A DNA stretch of 64,000 bases. It comes from the human T2T-CHM13v2.0 reference genome, Homo sapiens. Shown one piece after another: positions 1 through 12,280 of the stretch. The notes under the pieces are model-generated. The model did not search any database and was not told the origin of the DNA. It saw only the letters and a list, made by a program, of their open reading frames with translations. Position 1 is the first letter of the stretch, and every line of letters starts with the position of its first letter. The stretch is taken from the NCBI RefSeq assembly GCF_009914755.1, contig NC_060926.1; one strand, 5' to 3'. Position numbers and translations under genes: made by a program.

Positions 1-1129
1 CCTTTTCCATATCCTACTCTTTGAAGGAAATCATTATGTGCGACTCACTTAAAAAGGGGGGACTTAAGCCCCACCTCCTTGAAGACACAGTATCTACATG
101 TGTAAATAAATTAATCGAAATACTTCTTCACAGGCAATCTATTCAAACATTTACATATATCAGTTCAGATTCATAGGTACCTATTTTATACTTTGGGCTA
201 CAATCCAATACTTCTTTATTTATTTACTTGCTAAAATTGTTTTGTGCCAATTTCTTGGGATAATACAGATAATAATTTTGACCTGTGAAAAAAACAGAAT
301 TTAATTTTTCCCTTCCTATCCTGTATATTTTTTTCCTGTCTTTTGCACTAGCTAGAAATTCTAGTATGATGCTATATAGGAATGGGATTAGAAGACATCC
401 TTGCTTTGTTTTTGCATTTAGATAGAAAGCATCTAGCCTCTCACTATTAAGTACGTTCTTAGCTATAGGTTTTATTAAGATGCTTTTCACCAAGTTGAGA
501 AAGTTCCCTTATATGCTTTGTTTGCTAATAATTTTTTCATGAATGGTGTTGGATTTGTCTTATAAAGCTTTTTCTGTATCTATTGATATGATCACTTGAT
601 TTTTCTTTATTAGGTCACTGATGTGATGAAATACTTGAATGGATTTTTGAATATTGAACTAGCCTTGCATATCTGAAATAAATCCCACTGGGTTGTGCTA
701 TGTAATTTTTTGATGCATTACTAGGTTTCATATTGCTAAGATTATTACATCTATGCTTTTGAGAAATATTGGCTGGTAATTTTCCTTTACTGTATGTCTT
801 TATCGTTTTTCATATTAGGGTATTGTTGGCTTTATATAATGAATTAGAAAGTATTCCCCAAGTTTCCACTTTCTGGAAGATATGATGAAGAATTGGTGTC
901 ATTTTTATTTCTTAAATATTACATAGAATTTGTCAGTGAAATAATTCACCTTGTCATTTTTGTTTTGAAGGTTATTCGTTATTGATTTGATTAGTAGGTG
1001 TCAGCCTATTTAGCCTAGTTGTTTCTCCTTGTGTGAGTTTTGGTGATTTGTGTCTTTCAAGAAATTGGTCAACTTAATCTAAATTATATTTGTGGACCTA
1101 AGCTTGTTAATAATGTTTCTTTATTATAT

Positions 1130-1328
1130 ATTTTTAAATTTTATATTTATTTTTTATTTTTTAATTTAATTTAATTTAATTTAAAGTTCTGGGATACATG
1201 TGCAGGATATACAGGTTTGTTACATAGGTAAACATGTACCATGGTGGTTTGCTGCACCTATCAACCCATCACCGAGGTATTAAGCCCCACGTGCATTTGC
1301 TATTTATCTTGATGCACTCCTTCCCATA
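1130..1328 (-). mobile_element. 5'-truncated primate L1 3' end (L1PA8-10-like)
   Basis: T-rich tail, then aagttctgggatacatgtgcagg...ggtattaagccccacgtgcatt. TSD tttctttattatat at 1116-1129 and 1329-1342. Confidence 0.9.
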
Positions 1329-1775
1329 TTTCTTTATTATATTTTTATGTTCATGGGACCCATAATGCCCACCTTTCTTTCATTTCTGATATTGCCCATT
1401 TTTTCAACTCTTTTTTTATGGTTAGCCTGGCAAGAGGTTTGTCAATATTATTTTATTTTATTTATCTCATTCATCTTTTCAAACAATCAGTTTTTCGGTG
1501 TTGACTTTTTTCTCTATTGTTTTCCTTCGCTCAATTTCATCTCTAATTTTTCTTATTTATTTTATTTTATTTTATTTTATGATAAAATAAAGCATGACTC
1601 TTCCTTTTCTAGTTTCCTAAGGTGGGAGTTTAAGATGAATATTAAATCTTCTTTCATTTCTAAAATATGCATTTAATCCTTTAAACTTCCCTGTAAGCAC
1701 TACTTTTTTTTCATCCCACAGATTTTGATAAAAGTATTTTCATTTTAATTTTGTTAAAATTATTTTTAGATTTCT

Positions 1776-2076
1776 GGCTAGGCACAGTGGCTCACACCTG
1801 TAATCACAGCACTTTGGGAGGCCAAAGCAGGAGGATCACTTGAGGTCAGGAGTTTGAGACCAGCCTGGCCAACATGGTGAAACACTGACTCAACTAAAAA
1901 AATACCAAAAAAAAAAAATTAGCCTGGCGTGGTGGCACTTGCCTGTAATCCCAGTTACTCGGGAGGCTGAGGCAGGAGAATTGCTTCAACCTGGCAGGCG
2001 GAGGTTACAGTGAGCCAAGATCATACCACTGCACTCCAGCTTGGGTGACAGAGGGAGACTTTGTCTAAAAATAAAA
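1776..2076 (+). mobile_element. Alu (AluS-type), full length
   Basis: ggctaggcacagtggctcacacctgtaatc, A-rich linker, right monomer and A tail. Confidence 0.97.
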
Positions 2077-2408
2077 TTATATATATTATTTTAAAATTTC
2101 TCTCTTGAAATTTCTTTTTGACCAATGTGATACTTACTGGTGTGGTTAATCTCCAAATATTTGGATATATTCAAACTATATTTCTGTTATTTCTTTTTAG
2201 TTTAATTCTATTGTGGTCTGACAGCATAGACTGTTGGAGTTCCACTATTTTGAATTATGTAAGGTATGTTTTAAGGCCCAGATGCAGTCTATTTTGGTAA
2301 ATGTTCCACATGAGATAGAGAAGAATATGAATTCTCCTGGTATTGAGTGGAGCACTATACAAATGTCAATTAGATTAAGAAGGTTGATGACAATGTTTAT
2401 GTCAACTT

Positions 2409-2649
2409 TAGTCTGACTGATTATCTACCTGCTGGGTCTATCAATTATTGATAGAGGCATGCTGCAGTCTCTAACTATTATAGTGGATTTGTCTATTTCT
2501 CCTATCAGTTCTGTCTGCTTTTACTTCACATATTTTGATGCCCTGTTGTTAGATGTGTACATCTAAAATAGACAAATCCACTATTAGAGATGTCAGCATG
2601 CCTCTATCAATAATTGACAGACCAAGCAGGCAGATAATCAGTCAGACTA
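2409..2649. repeat. Local inverted duplication (~85 bp arms, 67 bp spacer) inside the L1
   Basis: 2566-2649 is the reverse complement of 2409-2498, with a few substitutions and a 6-bp indel. Confidence 0.95.
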
Positions 2650-4080
2650 GTGTTAGGATTGTTATGCCTTCTTGGAAAATTGACTCCTTTATCATTGTAT
2701 AATATCCCCTTTTCCCCAGGATGATTTTCCTGGTCCTGAAATATGTTTTCTCTGAAATTAATATATTTGTAATCTTTCTATAATTTTTCTCATAGAGAGT
2801 TAATGTCTTGAAACTCTCTTAGCAGTAACCCACCGTTAGTATAGCAGAACTCTATTTGTTATATGGAAAAGTATGGAGGAATGAAAGTTTTGTACATTTT
2901 CCTCAATTTCAGTCTTTTACTTTGCTTATTCTTGACCTGTGACCTTCAAATCTAGTTCTTAGCTTTTGTTTTCCCTTTTACCTGAGACAGGACAGCTCAA
3001 GGGAGCTGTGTGGGAGAAATGCCTTTCCCCAGGTAAGACAAGGCTCTGATAAGGGTTTTGTCCCCCTTTGGGGAATGGGCTTTTATTGTTGAGAATGCTT
3101 TTCTTGTTTCAATAGGAGTATTCATCTGTTCCCATTGCCAGAGACACAGGAGATTTTTTTTTTTTTACTGTGACAATCTGATGGGGTTCCTGAAAGTAAA
3201 ACCCATGAAAATCTGAAAACCCCTGAGACTGAAGCTCCAGGAGTTGTTCACTGTCATGCTAGGACATACTCAGCCTTCAGCTATTTGTCAAAATTACCAT
3301 TTATAAGCTTCTACTAGTTTATGTCTCAAGCAGCTTCTCCTCCAAGTAAATAGATCTTAGCTGCAACTCTAGATTTGCCTGTCTACCCAGATTTCGAGTG
3401 ATGGTTTGCTCGTGCTTCTCCAATGCATGCAAGAAAAATTGTTGAGTTTCTATGTGTTTTTCCTGTAAGAATTGAAGTGACAATTACCCAGGTCTTTACA
3501 TTTAGGATTGAAACAGAAAGTCTTGCCACTGTCTTGATATATCTTTTTTCATTCTTACCTACTTTATATTCAAGAGTTAAAAACATAACCTTTCTTCTCT
3601 TCTTGGAGGGTGTATACATACAATCATTCAGTCTGACTTATTTAAATGAATTACTGATTTGGAAGAATTTTTTTGTTAAATTATATTTTTATTAAAATAT
3701 CCATGTTCTTGAACATTCTGTTAACACTATGTTACAGACTTATGTCCAGACATATTCAACATTTTTATGAAAAAACTATTAGTAAGTTCTGAGTCAACTC
3801 TTCATCAGAAATAATTATGTGATAAACCATTTCAAAGACATAAGGTTATTGACAGAAAGGAATATACCTAATTTATTCCCTATATAAGCAAATGTAACCA
3901 TAGTCTTAAAAAAAGGCACTTAAATATTCTGATTCTTTTGTGTGCTGGGGCATGAGTTTTCTTCCTCTCTAGGACATAAGAGGAAGCACGTCTTTAAAGA
4001 CTGATGTGCTGGATCCTGCACAAGACTCTCTTTCTTCAAATAAAATTTCTTAGTTTTACATATTGTGTCAAGAGTGATAC

Positions 4081-4178
4081 TTAAGATTTTACTATCATTA
4101 TACTTTAAGTTTTAGGGTACATTGTGCACATGTACCCTAAAACTTAAAGTATAATAATAATAAAATTTTAAAAAAAAA
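4081..4178. mobile_element. Fold-back (palindromic) young L1PA 3'-terminal fragment
   Basis: cattgtgcacatgtaccctaaaacttaaagtataataataataaaa plus poly-A is preceded by its own reverse complement. The 42-nt arms pair at 39/42 positions. Confidence 0.93.
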
Positions 4179-4799
4179 GATTATGCCTCTGGAAGTTTTA
4201 TGCTTTGTAAAGTTACAAAATGCAGAATAATCTCATAATGAGTAGACAGCAGTCATAGAGGTTCTATCAGTCTAACTTATGTATGTCTTTTCTCCTGAGG
4301 AGAGAGTGAATGGAATAAAAAGGAAAAACAATGGTAAGAAAACATCCATTTTTGTTGTTGTTGTTATCATACAATTTTAAAGTTCCTTTCCCTTTCCTGC
4401 ATACAAAAAAAGGAAATTACAAATTAGATACAGCATGAGAAAAGTATTTTATGACATTTACATAGTGTTTTTAATGTCTCTGTTTTACAGAAATATACAT
4501 AAAAATCATTAATATTTTACAACCATTTTAGTAAAGCATTGAAGCCAAAGGCAAGTCCTGTTTCCTATATTCACCGACATCAGAGCAAAAAGTATTCCTA
4601 AACTGTAGCATGCAACTTAAATTAATTCAAGAGTGAAACTAGACTACCTTTTTCCAGGATATTCTTGAGAGGTTCTCACTTTGTCTCTGTTCCACCCACA
4701 TTGGCATATTTAACCTGTGTTATAAAAGCTACAAATGGTTACAGTTTGAAAATTTTCTTGCAAAAATTACAACTACTTTTGAGTAGACTTTTAATGTAA

Positions 4800-4910
4800 C
4801 TTTTATTTGAAATAGTTTAAGATTCAGGAGCAGTTGCAAAGTACAAAGAACCTCTCCCAATGTACATATATCAGATAGTAGTGTCACAACCAAGATATTG
4901 ATGTTGATTC
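4800..4910 (-). mobile_element. Ancient L1M 3'-terminal fragment
   Basis: ttttatttgaaatagtttaagattcaggagcagttgcaaa resembles antisense L1MC/ME ends; highly degenerate. Confidence 0.35.
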
Positions 4911-5280
4911 TAGTAGACTTTTATAAAAGGAGAATATGTACTTATTCCAGCTCACAAAAAGCAATTCATCCATTATGAATCTTTATACTCTATATGTCTA
5001 GGTGATGTGGTAGAAATCCTGGATTAAAAATAAGAAGATAAGTAGAGCAACTGAAAACCTAAGGAAGAAAAAAAAGAAGAAGACGATGGTAACTAGACAA
5101 CTCTCACTGTCTCATAACTCTATATGCCAAGATTGTTTCATATCCCAGGTACAGGTAAGTTCTTTCTTCCTCCTTTCACTTTTCCCTTTCTCAGGGAGCT
5201 CTCTTAAGGAACATCCAGGAAAATGGGTCAGGCTAATGACTTCTCAGACCTGTGCACTGAGGAGTAAGAACAGCCAGAAG

Positions 5281-5335
5281 CACGTACCAAACCTGCACAT
5301 GTACCCTCTGAGTCTATAATACTAATTGTAAAAGA
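5281..5335 (+). mobile_element. Very short L1 3'-end fragment
   Basis: caaacctgcacatgtaccc followed by A-rich sequence. Confidence 0.4.
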
Positions 5336-5404
5336 TTGCCAGAAGAACAAAGCCATATATGTTTAGTGAGCATAAATAAAGTATTTCATGAGAACTAAGA
5401 ATAT

Positions 5405-5760
5405 TGATATGGCTCTGATGAGTGGAGGAACACCAGGGCTCTTGTCTTGCACCAAATTGGTTAAAACCACACAGACACACATGGGGTGGGTTTAAGGGGC
5501 GGAGAGTTTGATAGGCGACTTGTAAGAAGGAAGAAGATCCTCCATACAGAGACAGAGGGAGGGGACTCCAAAGCTGAGAGAGGAAACCCCTGAGTACCCC
5601 AGAAACCAGCCAGTTATATGAGGAGGCTGGTGGATGCAGTGTCTGATTTGCATAGCACTCAGGGGATTAGTTTGACCAGGTGTGTCATTCACATAGCCCA
5701 CGACAAAACTGGCCCTTCCACCTTAGCCTTTTAATATGCAAATGCAGGGTGCCATGATAT
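5405..5760 (-). mobile_element. ERV1-class LTR fragment (LTR9-like, tentative)
   Basis: tgatatggctctgatgagtggaggaacaccagggctcttg looks like an antisense LTR terminus. GC-richer than its flanks; carries two octamer motifs. Confidence 0.7.
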
Positions 5761-7582
5761 TACACAAATGTGAGGATACACCATATGTTGTAATTAAAAT
5801 TTTCAGATAATTCTTTTTAATAAATTTTGCCCCTATCAAGTCATACCTTTTTATTACCTCTAAGTATGATTTTTCACTTTTTAACTGATAAAGTAACTAC
5901 TTCATGAGAAGTAGTCAGATTTATTTTATTGAAGTGAGGGTGCTCAGGATTCTAGGGTAATTTCTTCACTATTTTTTGTGGATCAAATACCAACAATTCC
6001 ATATGATTAAATGAGTTAAAACTAGAAACATGAATCATGAAATCTAGATTTCTAAGTGGAAATTCATTTCAGAAGAATTTTTGCCCTTTTAATCTCTGGT
6101 GACTTTTTATCTTTAAAAACACAAAATTAAGATATTATTGGCAATATTGAAAGAAATCACTTTGGTGGTGCTCTGGTAATACATTTTCTGATACTGCTAA
6201 ATCCTGCTCAGTGTGAGTCACTCTCATGCTATGCAGAAGCTACAATGTTAAAATTGGTTCTCTAGGTAATAGCATTTCTGACAAATTAATAATGTGACGC
6301 TTTGCTCAGCCCATGAGATTTTTCATTACATATTCCCCAACTGTTATTTACAATACGATGACAACTTGTAATTTGTCAAGAGGTAAAGAACAGCAGGAGT
6401 AGCTTTAAGAGATGAACATAAATGAATCTCCATCATAAGAGGGGTGGTCAATGGTCATTTGGAAAATTCACAGGTCATTGCTTTTTTCTCCCTTCTCCCT
6501 CACGCTTCAGTCCTCGCTTGTTACTTCTCTATACATAGACTAGAGCAAAGGCCAAATATAGGTGTGGGTAAACAAGACTCTTCATGCCTTGGTATAATCA
6601 CCAAAATCTCTTGAAAAAAGAAATTATGGTAGCTTTCTCAAAGTTAGCCCTCTGTACTATACCACAGAGGAACAACCAGCTGAAACACAGGCTTGCAAAT
6701 GATCAATTGCCCAAAATAAATTTCATGATTTATGTGATTTCTCTCTAGTGAGTAGTCCAAGAAGCCAATTTCATTTTTCTTCCTACTTGGTGCTCCCATT
6801 GAGAAGAGGAATAGTATTTTCAAAATAATTTATTTGGAAGGTTGATGATATGAATGACTGGACAGAGCTGGAAGCACAGTATTCAAATCTGCCACTACCT
6901 GCTGTGGGATCATTAAGGACTTTTCAATATTTCAGTATATATTGTGTAATTAATTAGCCATGATGTGAAACTGGAAATAGAAATGCCAGCAGAAGAGGGG
7001 GAAATTCCAAATAGTTATTATGCAGGAAAAGGCAAAAACAAATTGGAATTGAGATAGGAAAAAATTGGAGTTGATATGAAAGAAGATAGGATTAAAAGCA
7101 AGGTTAGTCCTGGAATTAGCAGAAAGCAAAGGATATTTGAAAGAAAAGCTAAAATAAAGGCAGAAGTAATGAAAGAAGAATGAGAGCTTTAAAAGATATA
7201 AAGAAAAAAATGGAAGCAGCACAGTAGAAATTTATGGTTTACAGCTTATAATAAAAGCTTATGAGTAAAATCAAAGAAAGCAAAGTGTTTTGTTTCTGTT
7301 TTTGCTTTCAAATAACTTTGAATGCTACTCTAATACAGGTTTTTCAATCCTAGGCCTAGGTATAAAAAGACAATGTAAAAATCAGTTGTCAAAATCTAGG
7401 AGATGTTTCTACTAAATGCCAAGCATGTGAAACCACTCGTTCTGAAAATGTAAACTGCTAATCCACCCATGCTCTGCTGCCTAAGTCACAGCTAGCTTGC
7501 CCATCTCAAAGTAAGAAGGAAGGTATTTTATTGATTCTATGTCTTCTTCCAGGTCTCTTGTTCAAAAAAATCTTGGTCTTAC

Positions 7583-9400
7583 TAGCCAAAGCAATCTATT
7601 AAATATTCAGTGCAATCCCTATCAAAATACAGATGACATTTCTCACAGAAATAAAAAATAATCCTAAAATTTATACAGAATCACAGAAGACCCAGAATAG
7701 CCAAAACAATCTTGAGCAAAAAGAATAAAGCTGGAGGCATTTTATTATCTGACTTCAAGTTATAATACAAAGCCATAGTAACCAAAACAGCATGTACTGG
7801 CATAAAAACAGACACATAGACCAATGGAACAGAATAGACAACCCAGAAAAAAATGCATGCATTTATACTGAACTCATTTTTGATGCAGGTACCAAGAACA
7901 TACAATGGGGAAAGGGCAAACCCTTCAGTAAATCATGCTGAAAGAACTGAATACCCATATGCAGAAAAATGAAACTAGACCCGTATCTCTGGCCATATAC
8001 AGAAATCAAATAAAAATGGATTAAATACTAAATCTAAAACCTGAAACTTACAGAATGGCGAGGAGAAAACATTGGGGAAACATTCTAATACATTGGTCTG
8101 GGTAAAGATTTTATGCCTAAGACCTCACAAGTACAGACAAACCAAAGCAAAAATGGACAAATGGGGTCACATAAAGCTAAGAAGCTTCTGTGCAGCAAAA
8201 GAAACAATAAACAAAGTGAAAGGAAAACCCACAGAATGGGAGAAAATATTAGCAAACTACCCATCTGACAAAGGATTGACAACCAGAATATATGAGAAAC
8301 TCAAACAACTCAATAGTAAAAAGACCAAATAATCCAATTTAAAAATGAGCAAATGATCTGAATAGGCATTTCTCAAAAGAAGGCTACAGATGGCCAACAG
8401 GTATATAAAAAAGTGTTTGGCATAACTAATCATCAGATAAATGCAAATCCAGACTACAATGAGATACCATCTCATCCAAGTTAAAATGGCTCTATCCAAA
8501 AGACAGGCAGTGACAAATGCTGGCAAGGATGTGGAGATAGGGAAAACCTTTTACACTGTTGGTGGGAATGTAAATTAGTACAGCCACTATGGAAAACAGT
8601 GTGGAGGTTTCCGAAACTAAAAACAGAACTACCACATGCTTCAGCAATCTTGTTGCTGGGTATATATCCAAAAGAAAGAAAATCAGTATATCAAAGAGAT
8701 ATCTGGACTCTCATGTTTATTGCAGCACTATTCACAATAGCCAAGGTATGGAATCAAGCTGCATGTCCATCAATAAATGAATGTATAAAGAAAATGTGGT
8801 ATGTAAATTTGAAATGAAAAGAATATGTAATTCACTATGGAATATTATTTAGCCATAAAAAGAATGAAATCCTGTCATTCACAACAACATGGATGGAACT
8901 GGAAATAATTATGTTACATGAAATAAGCCAGGTGTAGAAAGACTAATATTGCATGTTCTCACCCATATGTGGGAGCTACAAATATTGAACTCACGGAGAC
9001 AGACAGTAGAATGATGGTTATAGATAGTAGAATGATGGTTGCCAGAGGCTGGGAAGGATAATAGGGGGAAGGAGGATAAATGGGGGGTGCTTAATAGCTA
9101 CAAAAATACAATTAGATAGAAGAAATAAGGTCTAGTGTTTAGTAGAACACTAGGGTGTTGTTAACTATAGTCACAATAGGGTGACTATAGTTAACAGTAA
9201 TTTATTGTATATTTCAAAATAACTAGAAGAATGAAATTGGAATGTTCCTAATACAAAGAAATAAATGCTTAAGGTGAGTGATATGTCAATTACCCGGATT
9301 TGATCATTACATATTACACATGCTAGTACCAAAATATCACACGTATCCCATAAATATCTACAGCTGTTATGTATCCATAATACTTAAAAAATTCTAAAAA
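7583..9400 (+). mobile_element. 5'-truncated L1MA-type LINE-1 (ORF2 C-terminus and 3'UTR)
   Basis: Degenerate ORF2 peptides ([37 protein letters not shown]; [35 protein letters not shown]), followed by an L1MA 3'UTR and A-rich end. Confidence 0.95.
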
Positions 9401-9621
9401 GTCTGTCTCTCTAAATAACATATTAAATATCTTCGTGTGACTTGAGTGTTGCTTTTCTAGTCAGAGTGCTATGGAAATTTCTAATTTCATCTGTAACTCC
9501 CTGGTGGTAAAAGAGAGTAAAAAACATTTTCAAATGGCAGCAACTGAGTGTTTGGGAGAGTGGATATTTGGGTGGGCATGGGAGACCAGCACTGGTACAT
9601 TGAATCTAGGAATGCATATTT

Positions 9622-9625
<4 letters not shown>

Positions 9626-9654
<29 letters not shown>
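9626..9654. repeat. (CA)n microsatellite
   Basis: About 14 CA units. Confidence 0.98.
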
Positions 9655-9658
<4 letters not shown>

Positions 9659-11150
9659 TGGTTAAGGATAAGTGCAAGAGAATGAAGAGGAAGATATTTG
9701 AAAGTGATACATTCTGGGTATTACACAATAATTTTCTATTCTTTATTCTGACTTCAATGTGTCAGAAATCAAGGTAGTGGGTTAGAAGATGGGCTATTTA
9801 AGAATAAGGCAGCTACAAAAAATAGAAGCCTGATTAATGCAGTGAACTTGTCCAGAGGCTGGAAAATTAACCTGCTATTCATAGACTGATCTGAGGAGGG
9901 GAATCCAGAAAAATATGAGCAGATTGAGAATTCAGATAGGAATAATTTATACAACAGGTCTGTTGGCTATGTCTGGATAGATTTTACTTTATTCAAGCCT
10001 GGTAGACAAAATAACATAACTGTAGCTTGTAAAAACATTGTAAAATAAGCAAATCATACTGAGAAGTTAAAGAAAGAAAAGATCAGTGGAAATAATTTAG
10101 CATGGAAACTAGAGAAAATAATAAGATCAATAATAATGTGATAGCAATAAATCATGTTGATATCTTCAGTAGCATGCAAAAAAAGCAGAACCTCGGTAAA
10201 ACAAGAGCAGAAATCTGTGAACCGATTTAATTGAAGAGGAAAAGTTAATAATCTGAGATGAAAAGAAGATACCTGAGTAAAAGATCACTAGGAAACTAAA
10301 AAGTCAAGATGAAAATGAAAATCTATGCTGGAATCCTGAGGAGCAGAACTGGCACTGTGGACAGCTGAATCTTAAATGCAGAGGACATGTGAGAATTTTC
10401 TACACAAAGCAGATGTAAGCAAGTTAAAGATGTGGGGAAGAGGGAATGAAAGTTTGCATGTGTTCCTAAAGAAAAAAAAAAGTTACAACAGAAGCACAAG
10501 CAATTCTCAAAGCAAGAAAGTTTTTCCCAAATTAAAAATATTACCCAAGAATAGAAGTTAAGTAAAATTATATAGACCATACAAACAAAAAAGACAAAAT
10601 AATTCTCAATGAACTAAATAATTTTTAATTAACAAAACAAACGTAAAACAGATTACTTGGAATGGCATAACAGTTATGATAATCTTAGACTTCTCTGAAA
10701 CATTCTAGTCAGAAGATAATTAAAATAAATCCTTTAAGTTTTTGTAGAAAAATTGTGACATACACTGTTTGATATGCAATTTGTATGGTATATAAACCTA
10801 ACATTTCATGAGCACAAAAAGTTTATCAGTAAAGAAAACTGAAAATATTTTCAAAAAGTTTGATTGCTCAGGAAGTGTACCATAAACCATCTTTCTTAAA
10901 AAATGTGTTCTCTTTCTGTTCTCATGAAATTTACATCTTGAATCCTTCCATATATTTCTACATCAACATTCCATTTTTACCAAGTTATTTCTACAGCATG
11001 AACATATACTACAGTCTTTGGTTAAACTATATGGAACTGCTGCTATTCGGCTCTTTTTGACATATAAGAAGGTCAAGCTGAAATTTATACAGAATTGAAT
11101 ATATGAAATTTATTATACCACCTTGATGAATTTTTGTTATATTAGTTTAC

Positions 11151-11231
11151 TCTATCAGTCAGGGTTCTCTGGAGAAACAAAACCAATGGGAGATAACTAC
11201 ATCTCTATCTATCTGTCTGTCTATCTATCTG

Positions 11232-11284
<53 letters not shown>

Positions 11285-11660
11285 TTATCTATCTGAAGGG
11301 ATTAGAAGGAATTGGCTCATACAATTATGAGGCTGAGAATTCTTATGATCTGCTGTCTGTGAACTGGAGACCTGAGAAAAGCCAGTGGCGTAATTCAATC
11401 AGATTCTGAAGGCCTGAAGAAGCAAGAGAGACAATCTGGTTTAGATCTCAGTCAGAGGGCAGGAGAACCCCATGCTTCAGTTCAAATGGTAGGCCTAAGA
11501 AAAGGGGAGGTTTTTCTCCTTTCTCTGCCTTTTGTTCTATTTAGGCCCTCAACAGATTGGATAATGCGCACCCATATTGGGGAGTGACACCATCTTCACT
11601 GAGTCAACCGATTCAAATACTAATTTCACCACTGGGCATCCCATGGCATTAACCATCATA
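11151..11660 (-). mobile_element. MLT2-family (ERVL) solo LTR
   Basis: tatcagtcagggttctctggagaaac...ggaattggctcatac...ggccctcaacagattggataatg...ttaaccatcata. Confidence 0.85.
11201..11295. repeat. Compound (TCTA)n/(TCTG)n microsatellite inside the MLT2
   Basis: Read directly from the sequence. Confidence 0.98.
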
Positions 11661-12039
11661 TTTGTTTTGTCAGCTTTCATCCGTATAATCTTTTTATTTC
11701 AATCAACTTCCTCTTTTTACTTAAAGAAGTTCAGTTTCATCCTCAGCAATAATCTCCAGGATGTTATGGGTTTCATTTGCTGCTTACGCTATTTTTTTTT
11801 CGAATACAGTACCACTTGCCAGCTTCTCAGAATAGCAGCAGACATTCCATACTGGCTCTATGAAAACTGGCAGATGCTGGGGCCTGCTGAGTGCTGGCCG
11901 TTGGACTCTCTTGCTGTACAGCCTGCTCTGATGCTAGCCCCAGGTGAGGGAACCCTTATCAATGAGGGGCTGTGTTCCTTTCCAATCTTTCCCAGCTAGT
12001 AGTGCTTGTTATTGTCATTTCATTATTTATGTATTTATT

Positions 12040-12280
12040 TATTATTAGTTGATTCCATTATAATTATTCATCAATAAACTTGAATATAAAAATCAAGTGG
12101 GTGATTGTTTTTATAAAAATTAAGTTGACTTCTCTGGAAAGATTCAATAAAGGTCCTTCATAAAATACCCTGGTAAATTTGGTGTGGGTGAGAAAACTGT
12201 AAAATCGTGGAGAAAAAATGCAAAAGCTCTAGGATTCTGCCCTCAGATTGCTTGGCAGGTGTCTTTCAAGTCTTATCCTT
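12040..12280 (+). mobile_element. TcMar-Tigger relic (Tigger12/13-like), transposase N-terminal HTH remnant
   Basis: aagttgacttctctggaaagattcaataaagg...ggtgtgggtgagaaaactgtaaaatcgtgg (GVGEKTVKSW)...ggattctgccctcagattgct. Confidence 0.65.

Larger units (their letters stand above)
1..3525 (-). mobile_element. Old LINE-1 (L1MC/L1MD-type), antisense, internally deleted, with nested younger insertions
   Basis: 3'UTR-like start (ttttatactttgggctacaatccaatac). Antisense ORF2 text at 245-2760; the minus ORF 224-493 reads like degenerate ORF2 (AKTKQGCLLIPFLYSIILEFLASA). L1M 5'-region-like segment at about 2900-3525, homologous to about 17900-18470. Confidence 0.85.

Noticed and set aside
5896-5915. 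8-bp hairpin actacttc-atga-gaagtagt (a similar one lies near 40206-40227)
   Set aside because: Stems this short are expected several times by chance in 64 kb.
7681-8817. ORFs resembling reverse-transcriptase-associated protein
   Set aside because: Fragmented L1 ORF2 with stops and frameshifts; not an intact CDS or an active element.
10000-10860. A-rich stretch possibly from ancient L1/HAL1 ORF1
   Set aside because: Too degenerate to assign by eye.
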